Source of the DNA: Paraspadella gotoi
Lineage: Eukaryota > Animalia > Chaetognatha
Reading direction: 5' to 3'
DNA: 64,000 bases
Assembly (NCBI GenBank): GCA_051294375.1
Contig: JBJCIZ010000744.1
Span: 1,726,262 to 1,790,261, forward strand
The stretch's first letter is position 1. The number at the start of each line of letters is the position of its first letter. A program made the position numbers and the translations under genes. This document shows positions 1 through 26,700 of the stretch, piece after piece. The notes under the pieces are model-generated. The model was not told the origin of the DNA. It ran no database searches and worked only from the letters and a program-made list of their open reading frames with translations.

Positions 1-1291
1 GGCGCTGGGCACCTTCGCGGGTCTCATCCTCGTCGCCCTCATCGGCGTCCTCTACGGGACCACGCCCTTCTACGCCGTCTACGGAGTCATCCACGTCCTC
101 GCCGCTCTCGGCCTCTCGGCGCAGATTTATTACATGGGACGATGGAGACTCGACTCGGGAGTTTTTAGAAGAACCTGGTGAGATTTTAAAAAGGAGGTGG
201 GAGTAATTAATTAATCAATTGCTTGTTAATTAAACGATGATTGATTATTTTGATCGCTCATTCGATCGGCTTCTCCGCAGGCTGATCATCCGTAACGACG
301 TCGTGCGCTGCACCCGCCCTTCATATCCCGACCGCCTCTTCCTCATCCTCATCGGAAACATCGTCAACTGGTCCCTCATCGGTTATGGTGAGTTTAAAGG
401 GGAATTAAAAGAGGTGAGTAAAGAGCGTGAGGGAGCGAGTCCTTTGTGTGATCTTATCATCTTCGGTTGTCCTATTAATCTCATTGGAGACAATTTTTCA
501 GCTCTAAATATCACAGCGGTTTTAAGTACTCGATTACTTCCTTTCTTACTTCCTCGCTCAATTCCTTGAAATTCGTACAACACAAAAATTATTTATTCAT
601 ACCATTTAAGGCAACGTGGGTAAAATTTACAATTCAATGATTCTGCAAGCTGATTGGTCGATTCCGTTCGTGCTTGACCAATCAGGATTCGGCGATTCCA
701 TTTCGCTTGATCCGATTCGATTTTGGTGGCTTGATACTCCTGCGATGATACAAAGAGTAAGCTATCTTGTCACCCAATGGTGGTTTAAGGCCTCCATCCC
801 TCTGACAAGATAATAGCATAGCAGGACACAGCAAAGCTTTCAAACAAGATTCTCTCCAGTCTAGTTTAAAACTCCTCGGATTCCCTATCAATGAAATGGT
901 ATAATATGTTTAAAAAATGTTTTGATTGTATGAAAGTCCATCGCCACTCACCTTTCCTCCTCGCCCTCTCTTCATTCTCCCCATCCAACCTCTTCCTCCG
1001 TTTCTTCCCACCGCCCCCCCTGACCTCACCCTTCCTTACCCCAAACCCACTCAACAAAAGGGGCGATCCTGAACGACTTCGCGACTTACCTCGTCGCCGT
1101 CTTCATCGTCAACCTCCTCCTTTACTTCGCCTTCTACATCATAATGAAGATCCGCGCCGGCGAACGCGTGCTGCTCTTACCGCTCTGCTGCATCCTGCTA
1201 ATGACGCTGTCCTGGGGAGTCGCCATTTACTTCTTCGCGCAAGTCAAGTCCGATTGGTGAGAGAGAGAGAGAGAGAGAGAGATGAAGAGAG

Positions 1292-1329
<38 letters not shown>

Positions 1330-1550
1330 CTAAATTTACCACATCTTCCCCCCCCCCTCCCAATTCCAGGGACGTCTCCCCCGCAGAGTCCCGCGAACTC
1401 AACGCCCCCTGTCTTCTCCTCGGATTCTACGATCATCACGACATTTGGCATTTCGTCTCCGCCTTCGCTCTCTTCTTCTCCTTCTGCATTCTTTTGACTC
1501 TCGACGACGATTTGACGCAGATCCCGCGCCACAAAATCAGCGTCTTTTGA
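1..1550 (+). CDS. SIDT: 3' part of a SID-1 transmembrane family gene (SIDT1/SIDT2-like dsRNA/lipid transporter); exons <1-177, 281-387, 1061-1256, 1370-1550
   Basis: The spliced translation gives [13 protein letters not shown]...[16 protein letters not shown]...NDFATYL...[13 protein letters not shown]...[26 protein letters not shown]...LTLDDDL...KISVF*, matching the SIDT C-terminal transmembrane region. Introns are GT-AG with consistent phases. Confidence 0.95.
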
Positions 1551-2256
1551 CGCGGATCCTGTGACGAGAGTGTTTTTGAGGCGGATGCGTTTGCTCTTGT
1601 TGGCCCTGATCCCTGATCCGGGACGTGAGAGTACGAGTTAAATGATCAGCGGATATTGAAGATCCTGCGCCATTTTATGCTGATATGGATGGGCTTGTGA
1701 CGCAATTTGGCGCCCCAGGCAGTTATCTTCCTTCTGTGATTCCAATTTTCAAATCCTCTTTGGGTTTGACGAGTCTCCAAGTCTTGGACCAAGAGACGAG
1801 ACGAGGCGTCACCGAAACGTCACCGAAACATTTGCGAACGATTTACCGTCGTGAATGTATGAATTTGGCCATCGCGTAGTCAAAACTTCCCCGTCTTTTT
1901 CGCTGTGAAAAGTTTAAGTACACATTTGCCGTCATATTTTTTTTTTGTCAATGATCTCCGGTTTTTTTTATTATTTGCATCAAATCATGGTTGTGGCCTT
2001 ATTTTAAAAGAAGAATCTTAAATCTTTGCCAATCCTCTTCTCTCCCCCGCCCCTTTCCCTCACCCGCCCCTTTCCCTCCCTCCCTTTACCCTGCAACTTT
2101 CTTTTTTTCTCTCTGGGATTATTAGTATTCAAATCCTTCGAAAATTCCTTCTTCACAATCCGAATTTTTTGTGATAGATTAATAATAGAATAAAAAAACG
2201 TTTTCTCTATTCACTTTTGATTTTTTTTTTTACAAGGCAAGTATATAAAAAACAAA

Positions 2257-3204
2257 ATGATTCTTCTGGAAGTGAACAACCGCGTGCTGGAGGATCAGCT
2301 GATCATGAAATTCCGCAACGCCATCGCGGGGAACAAACCAGAGACGGTCGACGTGACGCTCTCCGACTTTGACGGGGTTCTCTATCATTTGTCCAATCCG
2401 GGCGGCGACAAGACCAAGCTCTTGCTCAGCATCAGCCTCAAGTTCTATCAGGTTAGCGGAAAAGGGGGCTGAGGCGAGAAAAGCTTGGAACTTATCAAGC
2501 TTTGGTTAGGATTTTTGGAATTCGTTTGTCGAAGTTATAATCTTACTTGTTGTCGTCGTGGTCTTTTCATAGCTTTTCTCACAACCAATGTCTGTGATTG
2601 AAAATGTGATTGTTGACCAACATACCACTCAGTTTTGAAACCCCACACCTCCAATCCGATCTTATCACCCCACCCACCACCTCCCTGCACTCTTCCTCAA
2701 GGAGTTGCAGTCCCACGGCGCCGACGACCTCATCCGCAGCATCTACGGTCCGATGCTGGTGGAGCCGCCCGAGCAGGGATACAGCGTCTCCGTTCAGGTC
2801 GGGATCTAGGGATTAGGTTTTTATCGCTTGCGTTTGCGCTTGCGACGATTTTGGTGACGATCGTCCCCTTAAATGTCGTCGTCGGCGTTCCAAATTATAA
2901 TTAATTGTATTAACCTTAAAATTTACAAGAAATGTGATTTGTTTATATTTTGTATAAACGAAATAACCAAAATTTCAAAACCTACTCATAAAAAAAACAA
3001 ATTATAGTATGACGGAAATGAATATTAATTTGATATTAAAACTTATGCTACGACATGCAAACGAGAATGATTAACTTCCGTTGCAGCTCGATTTGGAAAA
3101 CGTGGCCTCCGACTGGGAGGAGGAAGTCAAGAAATGCGGAAGACTTAAACGAAACTGTTTCGCCTCCGTCTTCTCCAAATACTTCGATCTCCAGGCCTCC
3201 GGTG

Positions 3205-3248
<44 letters not shown>

Positions 3249-4702
3249 CTTAACGAAAACCAACACTGACTTATATTAATTATAACAAATCGTTTAAATT
3301 CGAGCTCAATTTAAAATATTACAATATCAAAATCATAGGAAATATAAAAAACTATAATTCGCAAATGAGAAAGCGATTTCGTCATGCAAATGAGAATGAA
3401 AAGAATCAAACCCCCCCCCCCGCCAGGCAACGTGAGCGTGGAGCGAGCGGTGATTCACTACCGCGAGGACGAGACGCTCTACGTGGCGGCGAAACCCGAC
3501 CGCGTCACCGTCATCTTCTCCACCGTCTTCAAGGGAGAAGACGACGTTGTCTTGGGCAGGGTCTTCTTGCAAGAATTCAAAGAGGGTAAGTCGATTCGAG
3601 CTTAGGACGACATCCTGGATTGGGTATTCTTGAAGGAGTTTAAAGTAGGTCCATTGAACCACATTGCATTCGGCGCTGTTTTCTTGGTCGAGTTGAAAAG
3701 ATGGTGAGTAATGTGAAATTGTTATCGGCCAGATATTCTGAGAGTTCAGATAGGGACATGGTCTTCATTCAAAGTTTGTTTAATAATCAAAGTTGACTGA
3801 CCTGAAGTTGTCTTTTTCTGGCAGGAAAGCGTCGATATCCTCAGGCGCCGCAGATTCTCTTCTCCCACAAAGAACCGCCGGCGGAACTGGAAGGTAAGTT
3901 CGTTTCCGTTCGTTCGTTCGTTCGTTCTATTTTTTCCTTTTTCCCTGTCTTGCTATGAGATTGGTACAACCAATATAATAATTATTCATTCATCTTTTTA
4001 AAGAAAGTAAAAAATAAACTATTGCTCCCATTAATTTAATAAATTAGCTCTCTTGCCTGTGACTTTGGACAGGCTTTGGTGGTTGAAGGCCTCGGTCACT
4101 CTTACAAGATAATGACATAGCAGGTTCCTGCGAGCTTTCAAACAAGATGTTGGAGGCGGATTTATAAAAAGACTCTCTCTCAGACTAGTTTATTCACTCC
4201 CTCTTTCTTTCTCTTCAACCCAACCAACCTCGTTGTCGCCCTTTCAAGGCACGGACGCCGCCGTCGGCGAGAACATCGGCTACATCACCTTCGTCCTCTT
4301 CCCGCGCCACACCAGCGCTCAAAGTCGAGACAACTCCATCGACCTCATTCACACGCTGAGGAACTACCTCCACTACCACATCAAGTGTTCCAAGGCTTAC
4401 ATCCATTCCAGGTTTAACTGCATTCCATGACCTTTAGGACGAATCGCTTGCTTATTACCTCCTAAATGCTATTCCAGTGCTTGTGTTACTCTCCCTTATC
4501 CCATAATAGATTGCTTTTCCTTTCATCCATTAATGCTTGCTTCCTTATTGCTTGCTTCGCACATTTAAAATGCTTGATTCTTTCCCCCCATTTTTAGGAT
4601 GCGAGCGAAGACGACGGATTTTCTCAAAGTTCTCAACCGAGCGAGACCCGAAACTAAATCAGCGGAGAAGAAGACGATCACGGGGAAGACCTTCGTCCGG
4701 AA

Positions 4703-4706
<4 letters not shown>
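2257..4706 (+). CDS. ARPC2: Arp2/3 complex subunit 2 (p34-Arc); exons 2257-2451, 2702-2797, 3087-3201, 3427-3585, 3825-3893, 4249-4411, 4598-4706
   Basis: [97 protein letters not shown]. All exons are phase-compatible. Confidence 0.97.
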
Positions 4707-4747
<41 letters not shown>

Positions 4748-5605
4748 GAGTGAGTGACCGCCCTCTCTTCACCTTTTCCGCCTTTGCTCGTCTCGTAGAA
4801 AATCGCTAGTCAAAATTGTTTTGAGTTTTGGCGGAAGATGTGGCGGAGACGAAAAGAGATATGGACTTCTTAAATAACCGAAGTTTCAAAAAAAAACAAC
4901 GAAATATTTGATTTTTTAACTAATTTGAACAAATTTTACCGCCTTTTTTTTGAATGATTCCTCTTTTATGTTTGTGACGCTTTAACTTTTTTCTCTCGAT
5001 TTATTTTTGTTTTGGTGACGCAAATTTCATTCCTTTTTTCACAGAACTCGCGAATCGCGAGTCGCGATATCTATATTTTTTCCGACGTAAATGGTTTTAT
5101 TAAAGGGTTTTGTTTCTAATTTGTTTCCTTTTTTTTCCCTCTCTCGACTCTTTAAATTTTGTGATGATTTAATTAATTAATATTAAAACAAATTTAATTC
5201 AAACCCGGAATTGTGATCATTTTTTGTACAGGATTGAATTAATATACTCTGCATATAGTATTACCGTTTGAACGTTTAACTCGATACTTTTATTCAGAAC
5301 ATTTCAGTTTGTATGTAGAAAGATGAAAATTCAAAATAAACAAATGCTAAACAGACCTAGCTAAAAATAAAACAACAAAATAAGAGTTTTCAACTTTTTT
5401 TTCCAAAAAAACGATCCCAAGTGATTCTTAAATGCGTTCGTTCGTTCGGAACAAAGAATTTGAACATTTGAGCGCCGATTTTTCGTTCAAACTAGAAGAT
5501 TTAGGGCGCCCAATCGTTTGGATTCGAGCGCCGATTTTGGGCTGCCGCTTTTTTTCGATCGTCCCTCCAATAAAAAGAGACGCGAGGACGCCCCTTTTCT
5601 CCGTC

Positions 5606-19850
<14,245 letters not shown>

Positions 19851-20367
19851 GGAGAAGAGAGAGAGGGAGTGGGAGAAGGGGATGATGAATGAAGAGAAGA
19901 GATGAAAAATATCTTCGGAAAAAGTTTTTCATCGATCAAGTACTATAAGACTGAACTTTACCATCGCAGATGGAATCAGAACCAATCCGGATTGGACTCT
20001 CTCATTGGACGAACCACCAAGTGAACCGACCAATTACAAGATGATACTATACTTTTTATAGATTAATGTTCATCGGTGGTACGATGTTCAAAATTGACTA
20101 TTAGAATTTTAATACGTGACTATCACTTCACTCTACTGTATGCTGTTATAATCTTTGTTACTAATTTTTTAGAAAATGTTGTTTACATCTAGATAGCAAT
20201 TTTGCGATTTTTGCTTCCCTTTTGACGAAAAAATTTTATAAACTTTTTCTTCGTTTTTGAAGATTTTTTTGAAACGCCTCGTGTATAAATCAAAACAAAA
20301 ACAAACCAAAAAAAAAATGAAATAAAGAGAATAGAAAAGGTTAAAAGAAAAAAAATTAAAAGAAGAG

Positions 20368-23300
20368 ATGGAGCCTCGCGTTCCCTCACTCTCCGCTTCG
20401 TCCATGATGAACGTGGGTCCATCCGTGGGGACTCAGTCCTCCCTGCCACTCCCCCGCCCCCTCCTCCCATGCCTTCTTATCCTTATCCTCCTCTCCTTCC
20501 ATGCTTCATCAATCATCATCACACCACCTGCCGGGCATGCCTCGCGGTCTATCCGCACTACCTTCGTCCCGGTCTCCGCTCACGGAGGCGTCCCTCTCAG
20601 TCAACATCATCCGCCGCCGCCTCCGCCGCCCCCGCCGCCTCATCATCATTCGCTGGAGATGCCGCCGCCGGGACACATTTATCCGCCGCAGCCGCCGCCG
20701 CCGCCGCATCAACCCGTGACCAGGTGAGAAATTTGATGGTCTGTCTGGACAGTTTATTAAAAAAAATAAATAGTGAAGATGTAAAAATATTAAAAATTCC
20801 ATCCTCCACTAAATTTTAAAAGATATCAGTTATTAATAAATTAATAATTAATAAATTAATTAATAAAGAGACTAAAGAAGGATGTCAATGTACTGGTCGT
20901 CATTTTTTATACTAATTTATCGGAAAGCAAAGCTTGATTGAAACCTGGCAGCATCCTGTGAAAGGGAGGGGAGGCCTTTCCCAACAAAGCTTGTTCAAAG
21001 TCATTGGGCAAGTTTATTTATTTATTGAACGAATGGCTAATTTTATATTGGTTATTCCAATGCTGTTTCAGTAGAACTAAATGTTTATCTGAAAGCCTCG
21101 ACTGAGCGAACGCTGGTTGGCGTCCTCGTTTCTTACCATTTCCTCTTTCCCCCTTACTCCCCTTACCCCTCTTACTCTCCCCCCCCCCTCTTTTCCAGCC
21201 ACCCATCCAGCTCCCATCACGATCCTCTCCTCGTCACGGGCGTCGTAGGATCCCACGATCCTCACCCACCACCCCCTACTCTCCACCCTCACCACCATCA
21301 TCACCACGCCCACCCTCATGCGCCGCCGCCGCCGCCGCCGCCGCCTTTTCATTCTCCCCATCATCTCTCGTTGCCTGACGCCGGAGGAGGCGGCGGAGTC
21401 GTCGCTGGTGAGGAGCGATTGGGAGTTTTGTGAACGTTTCTGGTTAATCGGTCAATTAGTTTGTGAACGTTTACGGTTACATCCGGTACAATCTCAGTTT
21501 CGTTGAACGTTTCGGTTAATCGGTCAATTAGTTTGTGACGTTTACGGTTAAATCGTCAATTAGTTTGTGAACGTTTATGTTAATCGTCGTCAATTAGTTT
21601 GTGAACGTTTACGTTAATCGGTCAATTAGTTTGTGAACGTTTACGGTTAATCGGTCAATTAGTTTGTGAACGTTTACGGTTAATCGGTCAATTAGTTTGT
21701 GACGTTTATGGTTAATCGGTCAATTAGTTGTGAACGTTTACGGTTAACCGTCAATTAGTTTGTGAACGTTTACGGTTAATCGGTCAATTAGTTTGTGAGC
21801 GTTTACGGTTAATCGGTCAATTAGTTGTGAACGTTTTATGGTTAATTGCAATTATTTGTGAACGTTTCCGGTTGATCGTAAGATTATTTGTGAAGTTTAA
21901 GGTTAGATCGGTCAATTAGTTTGTGATGTTTACGCGTTAATCGTCAATTAGTTTGTGAACGTTTCGGTTAATGCGTCAATTAGTTTGTGAACGTGTTACG
22001 GTTATCGTTCAATTAGTTTGTGAACGTTTATGGTTTATTGGTCAATTAGTTTAGTGTTAGTAACGTTTACGGTTATCGGTAAATTAGTTTGTGGTAACGT
22101 TTATGGTTAATCGGTCAATTAGTTTGTGAACGTTTTCAGCTAATTAGCTTGAAATTTTAAATCTTTAAGCGTTGTAGTTTCATTAATGTAGTAAGAGAAT
22201 ACCGAGCAGAACAATCTGTGTGTCTTTTTAAATGAGATGAAGTTAATTAATCTCATTTACATATTGTCGTGGTTTAATTAAGTAATATAACAGTTATATT
22301 CTTTTGCGTTGAAGGTTTAAGGTTGTCAATTTACTTTGGTAAATGATTAGGTTGTTGGCTTGATTCATTTAATTCATTGTAAAGTTTGGTTTCCTATGTA
22401 GTAAATTCAATATCAAGTTTAAAAAAAATACTAATAAAACGAATGTCTTTCTCAGTCGGTTGCAGCGTCGTCCCCGAGGTTTCTCTTTCTCTCTCTCTCG
22501 GGTCGGGAGAGAAAACCTGTCACCTACCGCCGCCGCTTTCGTTGCCGCTGCCGCCTCCGCCGCCGCCACCGGGTAAGCCAAGCTGTGATGTTTACTTACT
22601 GCGCTTCTATTTAACTTACCCTCTTCCCCCGCCTTCTCCCAGACGTGGCCCTGTCCTACCTACCCCCTCCCCCTCCTCACCTTGGCTCCTCTTCCCCGCT
22701 CCCTCTCAAACAACAACAGCAACTCCAACAAATCTCATTACAACTCCAGCAACAATCCCAACAATTCCTTCATCAACATCAGCAGCAGCATCAGAGGCAG
22801 CATCTGCCGGCGCCGCCGCAGCATCATCCTCATCAGGGGCTGCTGCAGATCGATAATCGGCCGTCGACTCATCAGACTCTGCGGGTGGAAGAAGGGCAGG
22901 GTGAGTTAAATTGATATGAATTTAGTGCAACCAATTTAAAAATTATCCATTCATTTAATAAATAAGCTATCTTGCCCCTGACTTTAGACAGGATTAGGTA
23001 GTTTAAGGCCTCCATCACTCTTACAAGATAACAGATAACACAGCAGGTCCCTGAAAGCTTTCAATCAAGACTCTCTCACATTCTTGTTCACTCCCAGAGT
23101 ACCAAGGTAGTGGTATAATACATATTTCAAAGTATGTTTCAAAAAGACCACTCCCTCAAGTATTATAGTATTACATACTGAAAACTATTAAGATTATAAA
23201 TATTACTAATCTAATTAATTTTGATAATATTAGGCGGCCACGCCCCCAGGGAAAGCGAGGAGGAAGAGGAAGATGAGGAAGAGGAAGAAGAGGAAGAGGC

Positions 23301-23718
23301 CGACGTCAGCATGGGCGTCATCGTGGATCAGGTATGACGTGATTTATTGGTTTTGTTGGTTTGGTTTGGTTTTATTGTTTTGTTTGTTATGCTCGTTTTG
23401 ATTTTATTTCGTTTGGTTTTGTTTTTGTTACATGACTTTTTTTTTTTTTCCAAATTTTATTTCTGTTTTTCGTCTGGTTTTCGTGTTTAATATTAGTTTG
23501 CTTTATTATTGTTTGCGTTTATTTTTTATTTGTTAAATTAACTTGGTTGTTGTACGGTTGTTGTGGTTCGATTTGTTTAAATCATTATTCATTCGTTATA
23601 CTTATATATCTTAACATTTTGATATTTATCGATCTCTTCAAAGGACGATACTGGAGGAACGTCGCCCATTTCTCCGATTATGACGTCGAAAGTGGAAGAG
23701 ATGTTGACGTCTGGAAAG

Positions 23719-23749
<31 letters not shown>

Positions 23750-26700
23750 ATGAAGACGACGAAAGTGAGATATTTTTGTTGTTCTTGTTTTTTTTTTTAT
23801 CTTTTAGCATCAAGAGGGCGTGCACGTGTATATTAGGTATTACCGCAATATGCAAATGAGATTATAATACCCATTTTACTTAGGCCTCCACGACAACGAC
23901 GCGGCCGTTTTGGACGCGTCACCCGCGCGACTCCAGCGCCTTGACGACGACGGGAGAGAAGCGCCTTTGGAGACGGTGAGAAGGAAACTGGTGGCGAATT
24001 GGACTAGAGGGGTTTTGGGGGGAAATTCTTGTCTTTACCCGATTGTTATCATAAAAAAAACCTTTTCCACCCACCACCCACCCACCTCTCTTTCAGTCCG
24101 TCTCCCCTTCTCCTCCCTCCGCCTCTAAATCGCCTCATCTTCAAATCTCAAAATCTCCACCGGAATCGAAATCCTTTAAAAACGTCCAAACTTCGCCCCC
24201 GGCGTCTGTCAGGTTTGAGGAAGGGTGGGGAGGGTTGAGGGTAAGGGGAGGGGTAAGAGGAGGGGTAAGGGTAAGGAGAGGGTAAAAAAAATTATTATGA
24301 TTAATCAAGTTTTATTCTTAACTAAATATAATACGTACACATTGACGCCAGAATGACACATAGAGACACAATAAGTATTGAATAAGCAAGTTAGACAGTA
24401 AGATCTTTCAAATTCTAATTAAAATAATATTTACATTAACACCTCATTCATTGTGTGGATAAAATTTAAAAAAAAAAAAGATTGCCAGGGAATAGAAATC
24501 AGCCTATTAGCGAAATAGAAAAATGATTTAAAAAAAAAAATATTTTATTGCAAAGAGAGGTAGTTTTTCCATTAACTTCAATTAAGATTCTTCATTTTTT
24601 TTTTCATCCATTTATCGATAAATTTAATCCACTTATTCTTTTAATTTCTAATTTTTAATTGATTTTTTAAAATTTTTCCATCGATGTTTTTTTTCTCTTT
24701 CAGTTCCCCCGATTTCCGGCGCCATTTCCCTCTCCCTCCTTTGCCTTCGACGTCGTCGCCTTCGCCATCCTCGTCGCCGCTGGCGTTAAACGCCGCCGCC
24801 GCCCACCGCTTCGTCGGCGCCGCATTCGACGAAGCCATCGACGTCGCCACCGGCGTCGATAAGGACGCCGCTGCCGCATCCGCGGCGTCGGGTCGAGCGA
24901 GCGGCGTCGAAGAAAATAACGCCGTCGGCGACGAAGGTTTCATCGTGGACGGCGCCGATTTTGAAGACGACGCCGCTGGATACATCGACGACGAAGACGG
25001 CGCCGTTTACGACGAACGATTCGCTTACGACGAACACGACGACGACGACCGAAGCGACTACGCCGAGGATTACGCCAATAACTACGCCACCGATTATTCA
25101 AAAAAATATAAAGTCAGAGAATACCGCGGAAAACGCGTCAAATATGCCGAGGATGACGACGATGACGAAGGTAAACGCGAAACGTCACCGGCCGATGACG
25201 AGGTCAAGGACTACGCCAATAACTTAACCAAGGACTACGCCAACGACCACTCGGAAATTGGCGTTAAACGGATCAAATTCCAGATGGCGTTAGAAGACGA
25301 AGGGGAGGAGGCGGGAGTCGAGAAGGAGGAGATGGAAGAGAGAGATGAAGAGGAAGAGGAAGAGAAGGAAGAGAGAATAACGACATTGACCCCGGAGTCG
25401 GCGACGTCGGCCAACGAGAGAAGCGCCGCGTCGACCAGAGTCGCCGCGGGAGAGGTTAGTCAGTTGGATTCTTTATTCGTACAATTTGTAATGACCTCTA
25501 TTTTTAGTTGGTCTGTCGGTCGGTACGTCCGTCTGTCTCACTTACGTTAAAAATGCTCACAACTCCCCTATAAAACTCTTTTTTAAAAAATCCTTTCATT
25601 AAGTTGGTCAAAAATCAGAAAAACCTTTTTTATATCAACTTTTGACAAGGAATTTCAAATCTGCCATCAAAATTGAGAAAAGTCTATTTTAAAATCTTAT
25701 GATTTTTTAAGGATAGTACTTTTATTAATTTTGATGGCAGATTTGAATTCCTTGTCAAAAATTGATAAAAGAAAATATAAATAATTTTTAAAAATTAGTA
25801 GGTTAAAAATTTTATTTTCAGTTTAATATATCGGTTTTTCTGATTTTTGACTAACTTAATGAAAGAATTTTTAAAAAAGTTTTTTTCAACTTTAGTAATG
25901 TCTGGTTGTTTGCAATGAAACTTTCCAGAGCAGTGATCAACCGTAAGACGTTGGTTATACATAACTTTCCTAGTCACAGGGAAATGCCTATAAAAAAAAG
26001 TCACTGCGCGATCTTGCTTTATGGCAATTTAATTAATCGCGAGGTGCTTCATTACCGCAGGACGGAGTCGTCAGCAAACCAACCGAAGACGTCGAGACGT
26101 TGATTGCGGAACTCTGCAAGACGCCGCATCAGAAAGAGTTGGTCGCCAGATTCGTGGACAAGGGCTGCGGTTGCGCTATTGGACCTTATCGAAGAGCTTG
26201 CTACAAAGGTTTGAGTCTTTTAGACTGAGATTGCTGTTTAAGGTATAAACGTTAAACAATAATTGAGCGCCCAAACAAATGTCATAATTAGCATTGGCAT
26301 GTAACAATGACGTAATTATTATCCATGGGCTTATTTGAAAGATTCGTAAATTAGCTGCTTTTATACTGAAATCATGTATTTAGTAGGAGAGTAACATATC
26401 GTGGATTATTTAATAAGATTATATCATATCTTTTGATATTGTATTTTTACATATACTTTGAATAAGATTTAATAATGATTTAGTTTTCTAAAAAAATAGA
26501 TATATGGATCAACAGCTACAACAGCTACAGCTACAACAAGAGCAGTGAAAGCAATTGTTAATTTCTTCCAGGTTTTTCAGTTGAGGAAATAATAAAGAAG
26601 CGAAACGAAACTTTGGATTTGCCGAGGAGAGAGAGAGAGCTCTTGGTCAAAGCTCATCTCCTCCATATGAGGAGGGAGCCGAAAACTCACCCGGGTAACA

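Noticed and set aside
21425-22135. Regular about 33-bp repeats resembling a CRISPR array (also 27578-28010 and 41706-41935)
   Set aside because: The units are head-to-tail with no unique spacers, there are no cas genes, and the context is eukaryotic non-coding DNA. These are minisatellites.
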